From NCBI RefSeq assembly GCF_038025025.1, contig NW_027117341.1:558001-622000 (forward strand): DNA of 64,000 nt, given 5' to 3'. This document shows positions 22,858 through 35,202 of this stretch, in pieces. Each line of letters opens with the position of its first letter. Positions within the stretch are counted from its first letter, which is position 1. Under the pieces are notes generated by a model. The model ran no database searches. It was not told the DNA's origin and saw only the letters and a program-made list of their open reading frames with translations. The stretch comes from Phyllosticta citribraziliensis (taxonomy: Eukaryota). The translations under genes were made by a program, and so were the position numbers.

Positions 22858-24742
22858 TCACTGTCTTTCCACGACCTTAACTGGCAATCCTCCCGACACT
22901 TTTGCAGTGAACCCGTATTTGGCGTAGGCCGGCGCACCGATCCACTTATACTTGTCCATCAACGCCTTTTCCTCGCTACCTTCTTCGAGCTCATAGCACG
23001 ATGTAACATCGAACTGGCGCATCATCAGCGCAAGCACAATCTTCATCTCCACTACCGCCAGCTCCTGTCCGATACATGCCCTAGGCCCTACCTCAAACGG
23101 GCGCCAGGCATGTGGATGCGAGCGCTCTGGGGACGGTAGCGGGTCATTTCCGTCGCTTTCCAGTTCTGCAGAACCTCCGCCGCTATTTGGCCTTTTCAAC
23201 CACCTCTCTGGCCGAAAAGCATGCGGGTCAGGGAAGTACCGCGGGTCACGATGAGGTCCAAAATGAACCATGCTCAACATGCACCCAGCCGTAGGAAACT
23301 CTTGGCCCGTCTCCGGATCTACCAGCACGGTTCTATCGCCTTCTCGCCAAGCGTCAGTAGAGGGCGACGTCGATGAGGCGTCAATGCCAGGTCCGGTTAC
23401 TAGTCCGGCGAACAAGCCCTTACTGCGTGGCCCGGCGCTCTGCCGCAGCGTTCCCGCCGCCGGATACAAGCGCAGCACTTCTTTGACCACGGCTGTCGTG
23501 ACAGGCATCTCGTTGAGGAGATGTGGACGCGCTGCCAGTGCCGCTGCCGCCGGATCGCCTGGATCCGGACCAAGAACAGCGGCGTGCTCAGCCCGTAACT
23601 GGTCACACCAGCGCGGGTGCTGCGATAGCGTGTACAGACCGTGGCAGAGGGTGGTGGAGGTAGTGTCATGGCCGGCAAAAAGAAACAGACGGGTCTGCGA
23701 GCTCAAGGCCTCCAAATGAGACGGATCGAGGGACGCCGTTTTACCATCGACAGGCGAGGACACCGCGTCCAGCGCAAGGTCAATGACGTACTTGGTGCGC
23801 GATTTGGCCTGGGCGTCCGGGTCTTGCTGCTGTTGGCGCGCGTGCCATCGGTTCAGCACCATCTGTTGGACGATCTTGGCCATGATTGCTTGGTTGTTCC
23901 TGATCTTGCGCCAGTGGAACGGATTCTGGCGGCGAGCCCATTTTTTCAGCCCTTGCGAGCGCGAGATCTGCGACATGAGGTCCAGTTGATCCCTGAGAAG
24001 GGCCGTAAAATCCGCACCTTGTGCTTGAGCCGACATGGAGTCGCCGCTGCTCTCGAGATCAGAGTCAAGTCGAGAAAGAGCCGCAATACAGACTTACAGG
24101 ACAACGTGCCCAATCACCTGGACCGTCAGGTCTGTTGTCAATTGCTCCATCTGGAAAACCTCGCCCCTCGCTGCCCGCTCACGCAGATTGGCGCAAAACC
24201 GCTGCGTCTCGCGCACAATCGTTGGGACGTGCGTCAGCATATTCGAAGCCGAGAACCCAGGGTTGAACAAAGAGCGCCAGTGCTTCCACAGCTCGCCCTC
24301 CATGACCAGCAAGTGCTGATCGCCCATAAAGGGCGCAAACGTGTCTCGAAGGTTGCCCCATTTCTCCAAGCTGGGCCGCACGGCAATCTGGTCGCCGACC
24401 TGCGGATCCAAGATGATGAGCCATGGGTCAGTGAAGGGCCAGAAGTCGACGTAAAAGACGCGGCCCAGCTTAAAGCGCTGCTGGAGATAGTAGCCGTACG
24501 TTGCGGGGTGGATTCCTGGCGGCAACTCCTTGAGAGTCGAAAAGACGGCGGGTATGTGACCGAAGAGAAGCGAGTGGCCTGGTGGACCGGGCTGCAAAGG
24601 CTTGTGAGCGAGGTCTTGGGAAAAAACGACAAGGGGTTGTGGGCCGTACCAGGCTTCGGAAATATAGACGATGCTGGATGGTGCGGAACACGAAAATCGC
24701 CACGAGCCCCAGCGCCAACAACAGCAACAATGAAAGAATCAT
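22858..24742 (-). CDS. Cytochrome P450, resembling CYP59/StcS-AflN(VerA)-like enzymes; at least 2 introns (near 24648-24592 and 24097-24048), possibly a third
   Basis: N-terminal TM anchor plus PGPP hinge, I-helix AGHDTTS, EVLR (ExxR), PERW, heme motif WRPFEVGPRACIG. Confidence 0.93.
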
Positions 24743-27700
24743 GGTATCCGTCAAGCACCGCCTGCGTGGATAGTTGCTCGATTCACTGCTAAACCAGGTC
24801 CTCGGGGTACGAGTGCCGCACTTGGAAACAGTTAGCGACGGCGAAGGGGGAAAGTTGCACTAAAAGAAAGCGGCAGGATCTCGTCCAAGTTACTCGTGTG
24901 TACCGTCAAGGTTTCGGACAGCCGGACGCGTGAAAGTCCCGATTCGACCGGTACATTTGCGGTTCGTGTGTTCTCTGAACGACATAGCGAAGAGGGGTAG
25001 GTGTTATTGGCCAAGCATTCGAGGAGGCTTAAACTCCCGCCGTGCAGCTCAGAGAGTAGGGTTGATGCCAGATCCGATCCAGCTCGGGTAGATCTTCCCG
25101 CTGTTGTTTGCGGGGTTGGAGATGTTGTCTACGTTCTGCTTAACTTACTCATCAGAAAATGGTCCATCTTCAGTTGATGGTTGACAGAGTGGAACATGAG
25201 GCTCTTTTTGTACAATGGCGCAAGTCTCACTTCAGCCATCTACGTCGTCCAAACCTAGCGTTTAACAGTGCTGGCCTTGCGAAGAAAAGGACTTCAGTCA
25301 CTCCTCATCGTCACTTTCTTTTCTTTTCGACTGCAACATCAGAGTTTCAATGGCGTCGCCAAGTGATGACACAAGGCTTTTGCACACTGCTTATTGCGCG
25401 ATTTGGTCCACGCAGTCAACGCCTCGAAGTCTATCGTGACGCCAGAACCTGAAGCTTTCGCAAAATCCACTCACGACCGGATGCACCTACGACGCAACAA
25501 CGCCCTTCGAACAGACACTCAAACAAACAACCACAGCCGAAACCCGAACAAGCAACCAATCAGGCAGAGCAGTACCATCGTCATCACCACCACTACAACA
25601 CAACCACAACAAAACCCCACTCCCTCCTCACCAATGCGACGTACAATCTTGGCAAGCCAGCCAATGAAGTGGCCACTCCATCACGCCATCCCGCACAATT
25701 GCTGCGTCGTCCGTCGGCAACGCGACGTTTGAAGTTGGCGCCAGGCCAATCAGAGGCGCTCCTTGGCTGCTTTCGGTCGCATGGCGGCTGAGCTGCGGCT
25801 GGTGGGAGCTTTGGTCAGGGATACGTGGGGTGCGGGAACTCACGGAACGAGCCTATGCCAACTTTGCTTGCAGCCTCGCGACTCGGTTTTGACAGCTTGT
25901 GATGCAAAACTCTTCGCCCAAGCTTTTGCTTGGTTGAGGGAGTTTGTCCTCGGTCCTTACGGGCGTCTGGAAACATCGACGGACTCGGGCCCGCGGCTAC
26001 CGATAGTAGGCGCCACGACATCTCTTTGTTTCCCGCTGTAACTTTACACTCATACGGCACCATTCATCCGTCATGTCGCCCATCAAATGAAAAGTGATGA
26101 AATTGGCTACCGGCTGCACTGACGCCGTTTCTCCAGAATAGCCTCGCCTGAAAGATCAAGGAAACCCCGCAAAAGACAAATATCCTCCCTCTAACGGACT
26201 GATGCGTGCAGCGGCCAATACCCATCACCAGTGCGAATACCTCCGACTCGGCATCTGATTTGTGAGACCCAGTCACTGCTTGGTTCTCTCGCCGTAATTC
26301 TTGGTCACTCTGGACCCTGGGAGCTTCTGGCCGTGGTTTCGAAGTCAATGGAATTTGTCAAATTTCACAGGCTTCGAGTGGGTGACGCGTGCCTCTTCGT
26401 CTTGTCTTGACCACGACAATTTCTGGACAGGAGCTAGGTCAAAGTGTTAAGAAATTGATCTGGCATCGTTGGATATATTGTAAACCCTTCCCGGTAACTT
26501 TCGTTCAACTTCTATTCATACAGCTCTCCAAGTACTCGAACAAGTTTAACCCCAGCTCCGATCAAGTCGAAACGTGACAGCCCATCCTACTTTGTCAAGC
26601 TCTGGAACCACGTTAGCCGTCCGTCAAAGCCAACAGAACACAAAAAGATGGAACGCAGTACCTGAGCGGCGACGCGCTTGCTTCTGCAGGCGCAACGAGG
26701 CGTAAGCAAAACCGAAAGCCAGCACCACGCCGACAAACGAAACGACCAGCTCCGCAATGCTCAAGCTGTCGCCAAAGGAGAGGGGTTGCGGGATGGGCGT
26801 CATGGCGTTTGAGTGGAGCTACGACAGAAAGTCAGCAAGGCCTGTCTGCCCCTGGGATGGTCCCACAACGCCACTTACCAAGTATCCGGGAAGGAGGACG
26901 CAAGTTTGCATGCAATGTGCACGGTGATACCAGACTGGAGAATTGGCGGCGCCACAACCGTCTTTGGCGTCGAAGGGGCGAGGCAGGGGCGTATTTAAGT
27001 CGGCAGACAGGCAGAAAACTGGCACTCCATGGCCCGGGATCCTGACCTCATGCATCCAGAGGCTCATCCCAATTCCTTCCATCTTTCCACTCCATCACAT
27101 CGCTGACTTGGAGGCCCCGCGGCTCAGTCCTAACCATGTCTCTGTCTTGCTTGCTTTTGCGCAGGATGCCAAACGCACCGAATCACTTCGTCCATCGCAC
27201 CAAGGCAGTGCGCCACGTCGACGCCAAGCGAGCGAAAGCACGCAGTGAGCGAGGGCGTGTCCAATCAGCTGGTTGAAGCGGCCGTGAAGTGAGAGGCAAT
27301 ACGGGGGAAGTGATCTGGGGCGCGTCTTACGTGCAGGTCGGTTGTGGCTGAATGGCTTTTGCCGCATCACTCGCGCTGCGTCTCTTGTCTCCTTGATGTC
27401 GCTAACCGTGGCCTCGTCCTCAAAGAAGACAGGAACCAAAACTTGCCACTGCCTTGCTGTAGGATCTGGAACCCTGGACAGGGTTGCTGTCGGCTGAAGT
27501 GATTTCAGGCCTCCTGATGTGCACGAAGCCGGTGATTTGTAGAAAGCTGCCCAACAGCGCCCAGTACGAATTTCTCTCACTGCTGGGAACATGATTAGTC
27601 TGGAATTGCGGATAACCAAGGCAGCCACCTCCCTCGTTCAGGTCGAGGGGCCCCTGAGACGAGCGGTCAGCCAGAACGACAGCGGACTTGCTTACGAATC

Positions 27701-28214
27701 TGTCTTTGAGTACCCGAAGCTACTGCCTCTGCAACATTCAATAACAATTGCTTTTCTCTTGCGATACGAGCTGCATCTTTCCGCAAACCATTCAGATCAC
27801 TATCATCGACGATAGGGGCGAGGTTTTGAGCCAACAGCAAGTACTGGGGGGTATCTATTTATATACGATAGACTGCGACGCGTGATGGGTTCGGTATAAG
27901 GTAGAAATATGGAGGTAAAATAATTATGCTTGATCAGTGAAACCTGGATTGTCATTCTTCTTTTCTCGCTGGCAAGAGACATCGCGTCGTCTGTCGCTTG
28001 ATGCATACTTCATCTCAAAATCCTGATCAGAGCAGCTAGGGTAGATCTGCCCCAAAACTCTTTTCAACATGAGATCAAGTATACAGCGGAGAGAAAAGAC
28101 ACAAGGGTGATACTACACTGATACTAAACACAAACTTACCAATCCTTCAAGTCTGCTGGGCGCAGCCCAAGCTGGAAGATTTTTCTTACCTTCATACTTT
28201 ACCTTAATTACCCC

Positions 28215-29066
28215 TCAGAGATACAATTTCGGCTTAGCAAACCCAGCCTTCTTCGACCGACTAAACGCTGTGATCGATACGGCGTGCTCCGGCGCCCCGT
28301 CCGCGCCGACGACGACAGTCAGCGGCGCCGTGCGGACGGGCTCGTTGAGCATGCCATTCATCCAAAACGGGTTGCCCTGACGGTCGCGCACCCAAGTGCC
28401 AGACGCACGGCGGCGGTCCGGCGACGCGACGAGGCCGGGCGCCAGAGTCGAAGATGCAGAGGCCTTCCTACCAACACGGCGGCGGAGAGCGAGAGAAAGG
28501 GTGGCAGCGCGGCGCAGTGCTGTCCTGGCGACGCTCAAGGTTTCAGTGCGGCCGTTCGGCAGCACGAGGTGCTTGGTGCGCAGACGCAGACGGCTGCTGC
28601 CGCCGCGCGACATGACGTAGCGGGTTGAGTTGCACGTCGGGGACAGCGTGTCGAGCGAGGGGATGAACTCGATGGGACTGACGATGCGCAGCGAGACGGG
28701 GCTGTTGCTGGCGGCGACGACTTTGCGGATTTCGTGCTGTGAGGGGAGCGGTGCGGCGAGCAGGTGCTCCTCGTTTGGCAGCAATTCGTCTGGGTGCGTT
28801 CCTGGTGCCGAATCGGCGGCAGATGGGGGAGCGATGATGCGGATTTTGGGGCCAACGCGCTTCTTCTTGGGGCGTGTCTGAGACCGGCCACGTTCGGTGG
28901 TGGCGTTGGACACGGGGCGAGATGGCTTGTTGGTGGGTAGAGGCTCTTGCGTCTTTGCGGCCTGCGCCACACTGCTGCTGTAGCTGTAGCTGTAGGAATC
29001 GTAGTAGTCGTCGTCCTTGTTGGACTTGAAGCTCTTCCAGAGAGGCTTGGAGATGTAGAGAACCAT
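28215..29066 (-). CDS. Hypothetical basic, low-complexity protein (~283 aa)
   Basis: Long ORF with ATG at 29066 and GC3-rich codons against AT-richer flanks; NLS-like RPKKKR. Confidence 0.55.
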   Translation of the reverse strand: MVLYISKPLWKSFKSNKDDDYYDSYSYSYSSSVAQAAKTQEPLPTNKPSRPVSNATTERGRSQTRPKKKRVGPKIRIIAPPSAADSAPGTHPDELLPNEEHLLAAPLPSQHEIRKVVAASNSPVSLRIVSPIEFIPSLDTLSPTCNSTRYVMSRGGSSRLRLRTKHLVLPNGRTETLSVARTALRRAATLSLALRRRVGRKASASSTLAPGLVASPDRRRASGTWVRDRQGNPFWMNGMLNEPVRTAPLTVVVGADGAPEHAVSITAFSRSKKAGFAKPKLYL

Positions 29067-30012
29067 GTTGACGAAGAGTTTTAAGATCGTTAGAATCGAA
29101 ACAGATGAGACGGAGTAGGCCACTTAGATACCAGATCAAGTTTTTCTGGCCACCAAACATGTGCGGACAGAAGCAGTTTATGAAATTGACGTGCCAGACA
29201 ATCCATTGCTGTGTGCATCAAGATAACCTCACTCATTGTCTTCAACAATGTAGGCTTTGACGTCCGGACAAGGACCATGACGTAGTTTTGACAGCTTTGT
29301 TACTTTGAACAGCATGCAGAGACAAAGAGACTTGGGCAAGAATAACAGAAAAGCGTTAACAGACATTGTCTTCGTTCAGTCGACGGGGGTAGAAAAGACA
29401 AAGAGAGCCTGCTTGGCACCAGCAGATCTTTGTACTTGCTTTCTGCGATGGATATCTTCACCTTTTCAAAAATTTGCGCTTGCCGCTTCGTTTCTTCGCC
29501 ATTCTGGCCGAAAGCTGATCAAGATGGTGAAGTAAAGCAATGTCAATCATCTTTTCCCCTCTGGTAACGATTGACGGATAGGAAACGAAGAGGTCGTCCG
29601 GAAGTAGTGCTGCAGAGCTGGAGTGTTTTGGAGATGACACGTGGTGATGCAAGTCTTTCGTGTACCTGCGTCCTAACGTTGAAAAGGGCGTAAAAGACAC
29701 GATTCTAGATCATGGTTAACTTTGTGTTTTTCCAACGCCTTCGGTAGGCGTCAATACCGAATCCTTTCTTGTAATGTTAGCACTTTCACTTGACTTAGGA
29801 AACGATGTTTAAGTTGCCAAAGGTTGCAGTAAATATGTAAAGCTAGCGTATGTGAGAAAGGAGTAAACGAGGCGTGATGCTGTGCTGTTACTCGGTTCCA
29901 TGCAGTCGTTTCCCGTCACTCATCAATGTCCGTGACAAATATTTTGTTCAGGGCTTCTTTTTTCGCCAAAAGGGCCACAATAGACGGGCTTTCCAGTCCC
30001 TTTTCTTTTTGA

Positions 30013-31442
30013 TTATACCACGCCTATTGGGCTTCTCTCGGCTTCAAAAATCCCCCTCTGATAGGGCATGTCTTGGAATGGCATCGCTGCGCTTCCTAAG
30101 CTTCGGTGGCTGGCGTTTCGGGCTTCCTCCGCCAGGAGACTCCAGTCCGACATGGTGCTGCCCACGCTCGCCGCTGCCGGACTTTGCTGTGGGTGGAGTA
30201 GCGGGATATGCCCCGGGGCCTCGTCGGGATGGTCCGCCGCTGTCGCCAAGGTGCTCGTCCCCGTATCCGTCGTCCTGATCACCGTTGAGACCTTCGTGGG
30301 CATCGTCCCCCTCAACCTTTTGCGAAGACTTGGCGGGCTGACTGGCGCCGAAGTTGGCGGAGGTGGATCTGGGGAGGGGGGTCTCAAACGGAGTCTCCGG
30401 CGGGGTTGAAGGAGGGGACGGGGGCGAGAGCGGCCGGAAACGATGTTTCTTGAGGCCAGTGCCTGAGCTATGGTTATTCATTTGTTACCCTCATTGCGAT
30501 TATGTCCAAATCAAGGAAATAAGGGAGTGATTAGAGTTCAATGAACGAATTCTATTCACCTTTGCCCTTGGTGCGGTTGTGGCAATCAATCCCACCTTCA
30601 TGGTCGTGGTACTCGCATTCGTCCCCCGATGTGGGATCAGTGAAGAGCTGACCACCGGTGCCCGATTTGATGGCATTGACGAGATCAACAGCAAAGTCTG
30701 GGTTGCTGTCGAAGCATGCGCGGTAGTCCTCGGCGTCCTTGTCGTTGTCGGGGTCCATGAGCTGTCTGGCGGCAATTCGTGTCACCAGGGTCCGAAAGGG
30801 CGACCCTTCTGGACTTTCGCGGTAGATTTCGTTGATTTCGTCGGCGTCAGGGACCAGTCGTGCCTGATTCAGGCCTTTGCGATACTGGTCAATGGCCATG
30901 TTTTTGAGCTCGGGCATGTCGAATCGTTCGCAGAGCAAGTAAAGCTTGTGACAGGCCACAGCATACTCAAACTTTTTTCCCGCGTCGGATATGCTGCTCA
31001 CATCTTCGAGTTTGCCTTGATACAGCCACTTGACGAGCAGTTCAAAACCCTTGGGATCGTCTTCGACCAACTCCAGTTTGTTGCTCGTCTTGTTCTTGGT
31101 CGACTCATTCGTCTGCAGCTCGGAAGCAAGGTATTCGGAATGGTAACACAGGACATTGCGGTGGAGAGCCCAGTGTCTCTTTTCCTCTCCAGTGCCAACG
31201 TAGACGTCTATCAGGGGACCGGAGAGAAGCCTGGCACGCACATTCTTAGCATGCGCTTGTACGCGCAAACGGTGAGAGTGGATGCGGTAGGGAAGCGGAC
31301 GCCGGGCTTGCGCTTGCGCATCTTGAGGGCCAAGGTTGACTGGGTCGGAAGGAAAGATGGGATGAGGCAGCGGCTCGGGCTGTACGTACTCGGCGAAAGA
31401 TTTTGCAGAGGTGTCGCCAACGTTTGCGGCGGTCGAAGCCAT
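30013..31442 (-). CDS. BTB/POZ-domain protein; ends at 30552 if unspliced, or at 30013 if intron 30559-30468 is spliced
   Basis: IDVYVGTGEEKRHWALHRNVLCYHSEY...LVEDDPKGFELLVKWLY...KLYLLCERFDMPELKNMAID; C-terminal CEYHDH motif; TATAAAA at 31544-31538. Confidence 0.88.
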
Positions 31443-31750
31443 GATGCGAAGTCTGCGGCGCTGCCGGCGGAGGTGCGGGTAGGCGAAGTCGCGGACAAAG
31501 GTTACGTGGGAGCTGTCGCGCCAGTGCATGCGACTGGTTTTATAACCCAACTTGTCGAAATAGCGTGGGCATTCAGGCCGCAGCGTCGAGGGCGCATTGC
31601 GGTGTAGTGTCTTGGACTTGCGATAGCTCGAGGTTTGAGGTCAGCAAGTCCGGGTGGCGGCTGGGGTGGAGTAACAAGAAGCAGGTTAGACGGCGCTTGA
31701 CGTCTGGCGCCTGATTGGTCGGCTCGCTTGCGCCCTCATCCACGCAATCT

Positions 31751-31779
31751 ACGCGTCGACGCGCTCAACCCAAACGCGT
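31751..31779. promoter_or_regulatory. MCB (MluI cell-cycle box) pair in the BTB/CTF18 divergent promoter
   Basis: ACGCGT at 31751-31756 and 31774-31779 plus ACGCG at 31759, 60-90 bp upstream of the CTF18 ATG; CCAAT (ATTGG) near 31714. Confidence 0.65.
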
Positions 31780-31838
31780 CCCCGACAACAACCTCCGCGC
31801 TGCCTGACTCGATTGACTGCCATGCCAACCCTTCTCCA

Positions 31839-34800
31839 ATGAGTTTCTCGGACCTGGACGATTTGCCAACATCCTTTGATCCCGCTCTGCACCTCCATTC
31901 CGAAGGCCGCGCCGCTGTCGACGACCCAGCGCTGCCCACCAGCTCCTACTCGGACGAATTAGAAGCCCTCGCCCTCCAGACCAAGGAGACGATTGCAGCC
32001 AAGACCGAGCAGGGAATCGTCATCCAACACCGAGCCTGGAAGCTGCCCGAGGTTTTTCGTAGCGAAGAGGACCACTTGCTCGGTGATTGCTTTCGTTCGG
32101 CCCGTGGAAAGTCGGTCTAACACGGCGTAGAAACCCCTATAAAGAGACAGCGCATTCTCCAGGACCACTCAATTGGGATCGCGTGTAGCTCAAGTCCACC
32201 TTACGCTCCGCCTTCGTCGCCCCCGACCCTCCAAATGCCCTTGCAATCTTCGCCCGTACACTATCCTCGGAGTTCGTCTCCAGTGGTGGACACCCCAAGA
32301 AAGAGAAGAAGGGTCGATGGCGAGAGAGATCCCCTGCATGACGTATCAGCCAACAAGGAAAACAAGAAGCGCGGTCCATTTCTTGACGAGGACTCGGACG
32401 ACGAGGAAGACTATGCAACCATCAAAGCCGCACATGGAAAGCGCAAGGCCACGGTGGATCCCGTTCCCCCGGTAGCTGTCACATCAGAATTCTCAACAGA
32501 GCTTCCCACTGTCCAAGATGGAGGACCTATAGACGCAGACGACGGATACCTGGATGTCGATGTTCCATTGGGGGAAGCTGCAACTCAACCAACGTTGTCT
32601 CAAGCGACGAGCAAAGCGCCAATTACTATCAAAACGTGCTCCGGTAAATCGATGTACATCGCCGAGCGACGAAAGGCTGCAGCGGTTCCGTTCGAGCAAC
32701 TCATAGGCCAGCGATCGTCCGCAAAAGAAGGGAGAGCGCGAAAAAGCTACTATGGCATCGACATCCATGCTCTGATGGACGAGGCTGCGCAGCAGACCGA
32801 ACAGGAAGCTTTGCGCCGAGAACACATGGATACTGATGCGCCACGACAGTCGATAGAGGCATCTCCAAAGGGCAAGAAGAATCGCCACTTGATGTGGACA
32901 GAAAAGTATCGCGCGCGAAAATTCACTGATTTGGTCGGCGACGAGCGCACGCACCGTTCAGTCCTGAAGTGGCTCAAGGCATGGGATCCAATCGTCTTCC
33001 CTGGTTCTAGTCGTCCAAAGCCAAGGGCGGCCAAGGCACACGAGAATATGGAGGATGAACATACTCATCGCAAGATTATGCTCCTGACAGGACCTCCAGG
33101 ACTTGGAAAAACAACTTTGGCCCATGTTTGCGCGCGACAGGCTGGATATGAGGTACAAGAAATCAACGCTAGTGATGAGAGAAGCAGGGATGTTGTACGG
33201 AATCGCATCAAGGACATGGTGGGTACGGAGAACGTAAGAGGAATCAACACCAAAACCTCTGCTGGCGAAACTGTGAGAAAAGCCGGCAAACCTGTGTGTG
33301 TCGTTGTCGATGAAGTCGACGGCGTAGTCGGCGGAAGTGGAGGAGGATCCGAAGGAGGCTTTATCAAAGCCTTGATCGACCTCGTCCATCTAGACCAGAA
33401 AAACTCGGCGCCCAAAACCGTGGAGAGCACAACCACTAGGCGGAAAAAGGGAGACAAGTTCCGTCTTTTGCGCCCGATGATTCTGATTTGCAACGATCTT
33501 TATCACCCTTCGCTGCGAGCGCTTCGTCAGTCATCAATCGCGGAAATCATACACATCCGCAAACCTCCCATCAACATGGTTGTGCCACGTCTGCACGCCA
33601 TTTTTGAGCGCGAAGGTGTACCGGCCGACACTGATGGAGTACGAAGACTATGCGAGGCCACCTGGGGCGTCAGCAGTCGCAAAGAAGGCGGAAGTAACTC
33701 TACTGGCGAGGGCGATGTTCGTGGTGTCATGGTCGTTGGCGAATGGGTTGCAAGAAAGCTTTTGGCCGAGACTTCCGGCAGCAAGCGGCTGACCCGAAAA
33801 TGGATTGAAGAAAACATCATCAATGACCTTTCTCACGGAGGTGGTGCGGCCAGGGGTCTAGGCCGAGGTGGCGCCAAAGAGGTGGTTGAGCGGGTATTTA
33901 AGGACGGAGCTGGATTTCCAAAATCTGCAGCTCTAGTCCACGCCCAGTCAGCCAGTATTGAAAACAGTGGATCTGCCATTGGTGTTGCAGAGTCGACCAA
34001 GCGATATGCCATGAGCAGGCTTCGTGAGATGGTTGACACTGCAGGAGAGACCGATCGCATAGTCACAGGTATGCTGGCTTTCCTTGGGAGATTTGAAAAC
34101 GCTGCTGACTTCAACAGAATGTTTCACGACTTTTCCTGACCAACCATTCCAAGATGATGGGTTGCTCAGCAAGCCTACAAATGCCTACACCTGGCTCCAT
34201 TTCCATGATACCATTTCCAGCGCTCTCTACTCAGGCCAAGAGTGGGAACTCACTCCATATCTCTCCAGTCCAGTACTTGCTTTCCACAGCCTCTTTGCGT
34301 CGTCCATTCGTCCCTCCATGGCAGCCGTCACGGCCTTGAATAGAGGCAAAGATGGTTCCGACGCGTCTGAGCCGCTACCATTCACTGGCCCATCGGCACC
34401 ATATCAAGTTTCGGAACTCACACGAGCCAACCAAGCTGCCTTGGCGGCAGTCCAATCAAACCTCAGCATCAACCTGTCTCGCATGTACCGCTCGAGCGCC
34501 GACATCTCCACCGAGCTAATCCCCTACCTTTTGCGAATGCTTTCCCCGGACGTCAAGCCCGTCATCATCAACACGGCATCAGCCGCCGACAAATCCAAAT
34601 CAGCCCCCACAGCCTCCGTCCGCAAAGCGTCAGAGAAGGAACTTGTTCGTCGCGCTGTCAACGCCATGTCTGCAACAGGCGTGCGCTTCGAAAAGAGCCG
34701 CGTCGACTTTGCCGATCCCCGCCAGGGCAACGGCGGCTGGGTGTACCGCATGGAGCCACCATTGGACGCCTTCGCCCGCTTCGAAACCATGACCGTCACG

Positions 34801-35202
34801 CGCGCTGCGAGCGACGAAAAGGTGCGCTACGGCGTGCGGCAGATTCTCGACGCGGAGCTGAAGCGCGAAGCGGCGCGTCTCGAATTCGAGGCGCGCAAGA
34901 GATGGGGCGGCGTCGTCGACGACGTAGCCGACGACGTCGGAAGAATGGGTGTCGATGATGCGTCGGCGGCGGCGCAGGCTATTGCCAAAAAGGTCGTGGT
35001 GAAGAAGGACTTTTTTGGCCGCGTCGTTGTTAAGGAGGTGCCTGTCGTGCCGGCCGGCGAAGAGGGCGAGGCTGAGTTGAAGCGGAGACGGAAGAAGGAG
35101 GAGGCCAACGAGGCGGGCCGCGTGTGGATTAGCTACCACGAGGGCTTTTCGAATGCGGTCAGGAAGCCTATCACGCTGGCTGAGCTCTTGGGTGGTCTGT
35201 AA
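31839..35202 (+). CDS. CTF18: Chromosome transmission fidelity protein 18 (alternative RFC large subunit); introns 32083-32130 and 34069-34117 (1088 aa)
   Basis: WTEKYR, Walker A GPPGLGKTT, EINASDER, Walker B VVVDEVDG, RPMILICND, C-terminal KKDFFGR and VWISYHEGFSNAVRKPI. Confidence 0.97.

Noticed and set aside
23641..24792. 383-aa plus-strand ORF, and similar long antisense ORFs at 30579-31607, 53904-54716 and 51885-52751
   Set aside because: Antisense shadows of GC3-rich genuine genes, with no motifs of their own.
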